Positions 52,228 to 55,427 of a stretch of 55,427 bases of DNA are shown one piece after another. The translations under genes and the position numbers were made by a program. Position 1 is the first letter of the stretch. The number at the start of each line of letters is the position of its first letter. Under the pieces are notes generated by a model, which had not been told where the DNA came from, made no database searches, and worked only from the letters and a program-made list of their open reading frames with translations. Source of the DNA: Candidatus Moraniibacteriota bacterium. Lineage in GTDB: Bacteria > Patescibacteriota > Minisyncoccia > Moranbacterales > UBA1568. The DNA lies in the NCBI GenBank assembly GCA_903854995.1, contig CAINXS010000052.1, forward strand, positions 1 to 55,427, read 5' to 3'.

Positions 52228-53340
52228 TCAGGCCTTCGGAAGTGTGCTCACAAATATCCGGTATGCCGCATCGTCGCTAGTAGGTAACGCCGGTGTCCCG
52301 AGGAGTATCTGCGCATTAACCAACAATGTCGGCTTTCCCTTCAGACTCAATTTCCGGTGTGGAGGCCGAACGGCGAGTTCGAGTCCGTATCGGTTCCGAA
52401 ACCAGTCCTTGATACCGGCCCGGGTATTGTGTGACGCCGGAACGACGAAAGGCGCATATCCCTTCTTCCGTGAGGAATAGTATTTCCTGTGTCCCTCGTG
52501 CAGGAATAGCATCACCTGGGCATCCTTAAAACTTAATTTCGAATTGCGAAATGCGAAATGCGAATTCGTCTCTGTTTTTGTTTTCTTCGTTCCTGTTCCA
52601 TCTCTCCCTTTCGTAAAGGGAATACCGAGTCTCCGAGGAGTGGGATTTGATCTTATTTCCGTTTCTAATACGTCTTTCGCATTTCGCATTTCATCTTTTC
52701 CGTGATTCCTAAAATATTCGCATCGGTCTCGAAGCGGGCATGCGCCACACTTCGGCCGGGCGACGCAGATCGCACTCCCGAAATCCATCAATGCCCCGTT
52801 CAGGTCTTTCGCCGGTATGCGAAACGCGCCTTCGAATTCCGAAAAAGGTATATCGGACCGTTTCGATCCGAAGAAAAACCGCCCGACGACACGCCGAAGG
52901 TTCGTATCCCACGCGACCGTGTTTTTGCCGTACGCGAAACTCGCGATCGCCGCGGCCGTGTACGGACCGACTCCGGGCAACGATACGAGTTTATCAGTAT
53001 CCTTCGGAAACTTCCCTCCGTATTCCCCGACTACGACGCTTGCAGCCTTCAGCATGTTCCTTCCGCGGGCATAGTACCCGAGTCCCGCATAATACGGCAA
53101 GAATTCCTCCCACGTCGCGGCAGCAAGTCTTTCGACCGTCGGGAACCGATTCAGGAACCGGTCATAGTATCCGATCACGCGCGACACCTGCGTCTGCTGC
53201 AGCATGATTTCCGACACCCACACCTCGTAGGCGGTGACACCTGGTTTTCTCCATGGCAAATGCTCCCGCCCCGCCCGACGGAAAAAGTCGTGAAGTCGTC
53301 CTTCAAAGAATTTCAGTTTTTCTTTCTTCTCCTTTCGCAT
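52228..53340 (-). CDS. mutY: A/G-specific adenine glycosylase
   Basis: LPWR, VSEIMLQQT, GLGYYAR, LPGVGPYTA and [4Fe-4S] C-x6-C-x2-C-x5-C motifs. Confidence 0.92.
   Translation of the reverse strand: MRKEKKEKLKFFEGRLHDFFRRAGREHLPWRKPGVTAYEVWVSEIMLQQTQVSRVIGYYDRFLNRFPTVERLAAATWEEFLPYYAGLGYYARGRNMLKAASVVVGEYGGKFPKDTDKLVSLPGVGPYTAAAIASFAYGKNTVAWDTNLRRVVGRFFFGSKRSDIPFSEFEGAFRIPAKDLNGALMDFGSAICVARPKCGACPLRDRCEYFRNHGKDEMRNAKDVLETEIRSNPTPRRLGIPFTKGRDGTGTKKTKTETNSHFAFRNSKLSFKDAQVMLFLHEGHRKYYSSRKKGYAPFVVPASHNTRAGIKDWFRNRYGLELAVRPPHRKLSLKGKPTLLVNAQILLGTPALPTSDDAAYRIFVSTLPKA
52535..52695. repeat. In-frame inverted (GCGAAAT)/(ATTTCGC) heptamer pair within mutY
   Basis: Arms at 52535-52568 and 52675-52695; encode NSHFAFRNS and DEMRNAK. 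Confidence 0.8.
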
Positions 53341-53359
53341 ATTTTGAACAAAATTTTCA

Positions 53360-53465
53360 GTCATCCCGAGCGAGTCTTCGAGTCGAGAGATCTGCTTCGA
53401 ATATTGTGGATTCCTCCACTCCGTGTGCTCCTCCCACATATGCAGGACGTCGGGTCGGAATGACA
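53360..53465. repeat. Palindromic repeat family A, copy 4
   Basis: GTCATCCCGAGCGAGTCTTCGAGTCGAGAGATCTGC...GATTCCTCC...GGGTCGGAATGACA. Confidence 0.85.
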
Positions 53466-53469
53466 GCGT

Positions 53470-53590
53470 GTTGTCAGTTGTTTGTTGTCAGTTGTTTGTT
53501 CCCCGTTGTCAGTTGTAAGTTGTGAGTTGTAAGTTCGTAATCGTCAGTCATTCTTCCGTTGTAAGTTGTCAGTTGTTTGTTATCAGTTTT
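53470..53590. repeat. Long GTTGTnA heptamer array after the mnmA stop
   Basis: gttgtca gttgttt gttgtca gttgttt ... gttgtca gttgtaa gttgtga gttgtaa ... gttgtaa gttgtca gttgttt gttatca. Confidence 0.9.
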
Positions 53591-54662
53591 CCGAGATAAT
53601 CCCCGAACCGAGGCACTCGTCCCCACGATAAAACGCTGCGATCTGCCCGGCCGCGATGCCGGTATCACCATTCGCGATCGTAACGTGTCCGCAACGTTCC
53701 CGAAGGGACCCCATTGGGGCCGACTGGATCGAAAGCGTGCATGGATATTCCTGCACTCCGTGACGGAGTTTCACCGTCAGTCGATCGTCCACGTCCGGTG
53801 CGTCCGAGATCCATGAAAGACCGTCGACATGGAATTCCGATCGCGCCGTTTCCGAGCTGCGATACGCATTCGATATATAAACGATATTCTTCGCAGTATC
53901 CTTTCCGGTCACGTACCAGGGGCCGCCGGAAAGCCCTATTCCCTTGCGCTGGCCGATCGTATAGAACCAAAAGCCCTGGTGTTTTCCGAGCGTCTCACCG
54001 GTCTTCGTGTCGACGATATCCCCTTCACGCGTCCCGAGTTTCTCCTCGAGGAACCGATCAAACGGGACTTTCCCGAGGAAACAGATCCCCTGACTGTCCT
54101 TCCGTTCCGCACTTGAAAGTCCATACGTTCGCGCGAGTTCCCGCACCTCGTCCTTGCGATACCCACCGATCGGAAACATCGCCTTCACCAACTGATCCTG
54201 CCGAAGCCGGGAGAGAAAGTAGGTCTGGTCTTTATGTTCGTCGGCCGAACGCAGGAGCCGAGCCTTGCCGTCGCGGACCTCCGTCTGTGCATAGTGCCCC
54301 GTCGCCACATGGTCAAACTCGGCCCCGTACTCCTCGACGAACGCCCCAAATTTGATGAGCGTATTACAAAACACGTCCGGATTCGGCGTCCGCCCCGCTT
54401 TGGCCTCCGCGATCACGTACGACACGATCCGCTCGTGGTATTCTTTCTGGAACGGCACGACCGAGAGCGGTGCCCCCACTTCCTCGCAGACCGCGCGGAC
54501 ATATCTCAGATCTTCCTCCCACGGACATTCCCCCAGGAATGACAATTCGTCCTCAAGCCATATCTTGAGATAGAACGCGGTAATATCGTGCCCCGCGTCC
54601 TTCAGAAGACGCAGAGCGACCGAACTATCCACCCCGCCGGAAATAAGCATTGCAACTTTCAT
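53583..54662 (-). CDS. mnmA: tRNA 2-thiouridine synthase
   Basis: SGGVDS, TPNPDVFCN, ATGHY, KDQTYFL and DSQGICF motifs. Confidence 0.98.
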   Translation of the reverse strand: MKVAMLISGGVDSSVALRLLKDAGHDITAFYLKIWLEDELSFLGECPWEEDLRYVRAVCEEVGAPLSVVPFQKEYHERIVSYVIAEAKAGRTPNPDVFCNTLIKFGAFVEEYGAEFDHVATGHYAQTEVRDGKARLLRSADEHKDQTYFLSRLRQDQLVKAMFPIGGYRKDEVRELARTYGLSSAERKDSQGICFLGKVPFDRFLEEKLGTREGDIVDTKTGETLGKHQGFWFYTIGQRKGIGLSGGPWYVTGKDTAKNIVYISNAYRSSETARSEFHVDGLSWISDAPDVDDRLTVKLRHGVQEYPCTLSIQSAPMGSLRERCGHVTIANGDTGIAAGQIAAFYRGDECLGSGIISEN

Positions 54663-54709
54663 TGGGTTCCGTTATTGAAAAAGAATCGTAACACGAGATA
54701 CCGGACTTG

Positions 54710-55427
54710 TCATCCGGCCTCGATCCCGTACGAATCCCCTACCCGCCTCCGCAAGCCGTACGTGTTCCCATATCGGAGCAGTCCGAGATACGACTGAACC
54801 GTTTCCGGCTTGCCGTTCTTCGCCTCCAAGTTTCGGAACATCCGCCGCTTCGTCGCCATGCGCAGGACACGATGATCCGGGAAGTGCACCCACCCGAGGA
54901 AGTCTACACCCGAAGCGACCGTCGCAATGAATACCTTGTCCGGGTGAAGCGTGAGCACAAGACGCGAGTCGAGAAACTCCCTTATTTTCGGAAGCATTGA
55001 TTCCAGTTCGCCCCTGTCTGGCGAGAGTATCACGAAGTCATCTGCATAGCGAATATAGTATTTCGCGCGTATCGTGTGCTTCATGAACCGGTCGAACTCG
55101 TTCAGATAGACGTTCGCGAGGAGCTGAGACGTCAGATTTCCGAGCGGGAGCCCCTTTCCCGGTTCCGTATGGAAACTCCCAACGATCTCCGCGAGCAGTC
55201 CGAGGATATCGCGATCCGGGATATGTTCGCGCAGGATGCGAAGTAGGATATCGTGGTCGATGGAGGCAAAGAATTTCTTTACGTCGCACTTCAGTACCCA
55301 CACGGTCCGAGAATGATTACGGGACACCTTCCTGGATAACTTCTGGAATCGATCAAGCGCCTTGTGAATCCCTTTTCCGTCCCGGCAAGTTAAGTGGTCG
55401 GGTTTGTCAAACACGATAGTGTCGACA
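54710..55427 (-). CDS. Reverse transcriptase, DGR class (5' part missing or disrupted)
   Basis: CRDGKGIHKA, LKCDVKKFFASIDH, GLPLGNLTSQLLAN, YIRYADD and DFLG motifs; no maturase-like C-terminal extension. Confidence 0.9.
   Translation of the reverse strand, partial: VDTIVFDKPDHLTCRDGKGIHKALDRFQKLSRKVSRNHSRTVWVLKCDVKKFFASIDHDILLRILREHIPDRDILGLLAEIVGSFHTEPGKGLPLGNLTSQLLANVYLNEFDRFMKHTIRAKYYIRYADDFVILSPDRGELESMLPKIREFLDSRLVLTLHPDKVFIATVASGVDFLGWVHFPDHRVLRMATKRRMFRNLEAKNGKPETVQSYLGLLRYGNTYGLRRRVGDSYGIEAG

Noticed and set aside
53470..53590. Tandem arrays as a CRISPR array
   Set aside because: The period is 7 nt, with no 25-45-nt repeats, no unique spacers and no cas genes in the window.
54710..55427. 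RT as a group II intron or retron protein
   Set aside because: It has GNLTSQ rather than the PQG motif, a short C-terminus, no VTG retron motif and no visible domain V after the stop.

Overview
About 55 kb of mostly minus-strand housekeeping genes from a high-GC, reduced-genome bacterium. The gene content and style suggest Patescibacteria/CPR (inference). Genes include a frameshifted IS200/IS605 tnpA, leuS with a Nudix insert, the F1Fo ATP synthase operon, metG, glyQS, ileS with a T-box, argS, tgt, recO, smpB-ssrA, infC-rpmI-rplT, lgt, mutY, mnmA and the 3' part of a DGR-class reverse transcriptase. The main unexplained structure is a set of degenerate 7-, 8- and 9-nt tandem-repeat arms. They form inverted pairs around two four-helix-bundle (23S-IVP/bAvd-like) genes and occur as 'empty' pairs at gene junctions. 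They show a consistent polarity relative to transcription, sit against stop and start codons, and are even translated in frame inside LeuS and MutY. Several palindromic REP/RPE-like families are also present, three of them inserted in frame into ileS, tgt and mutY.
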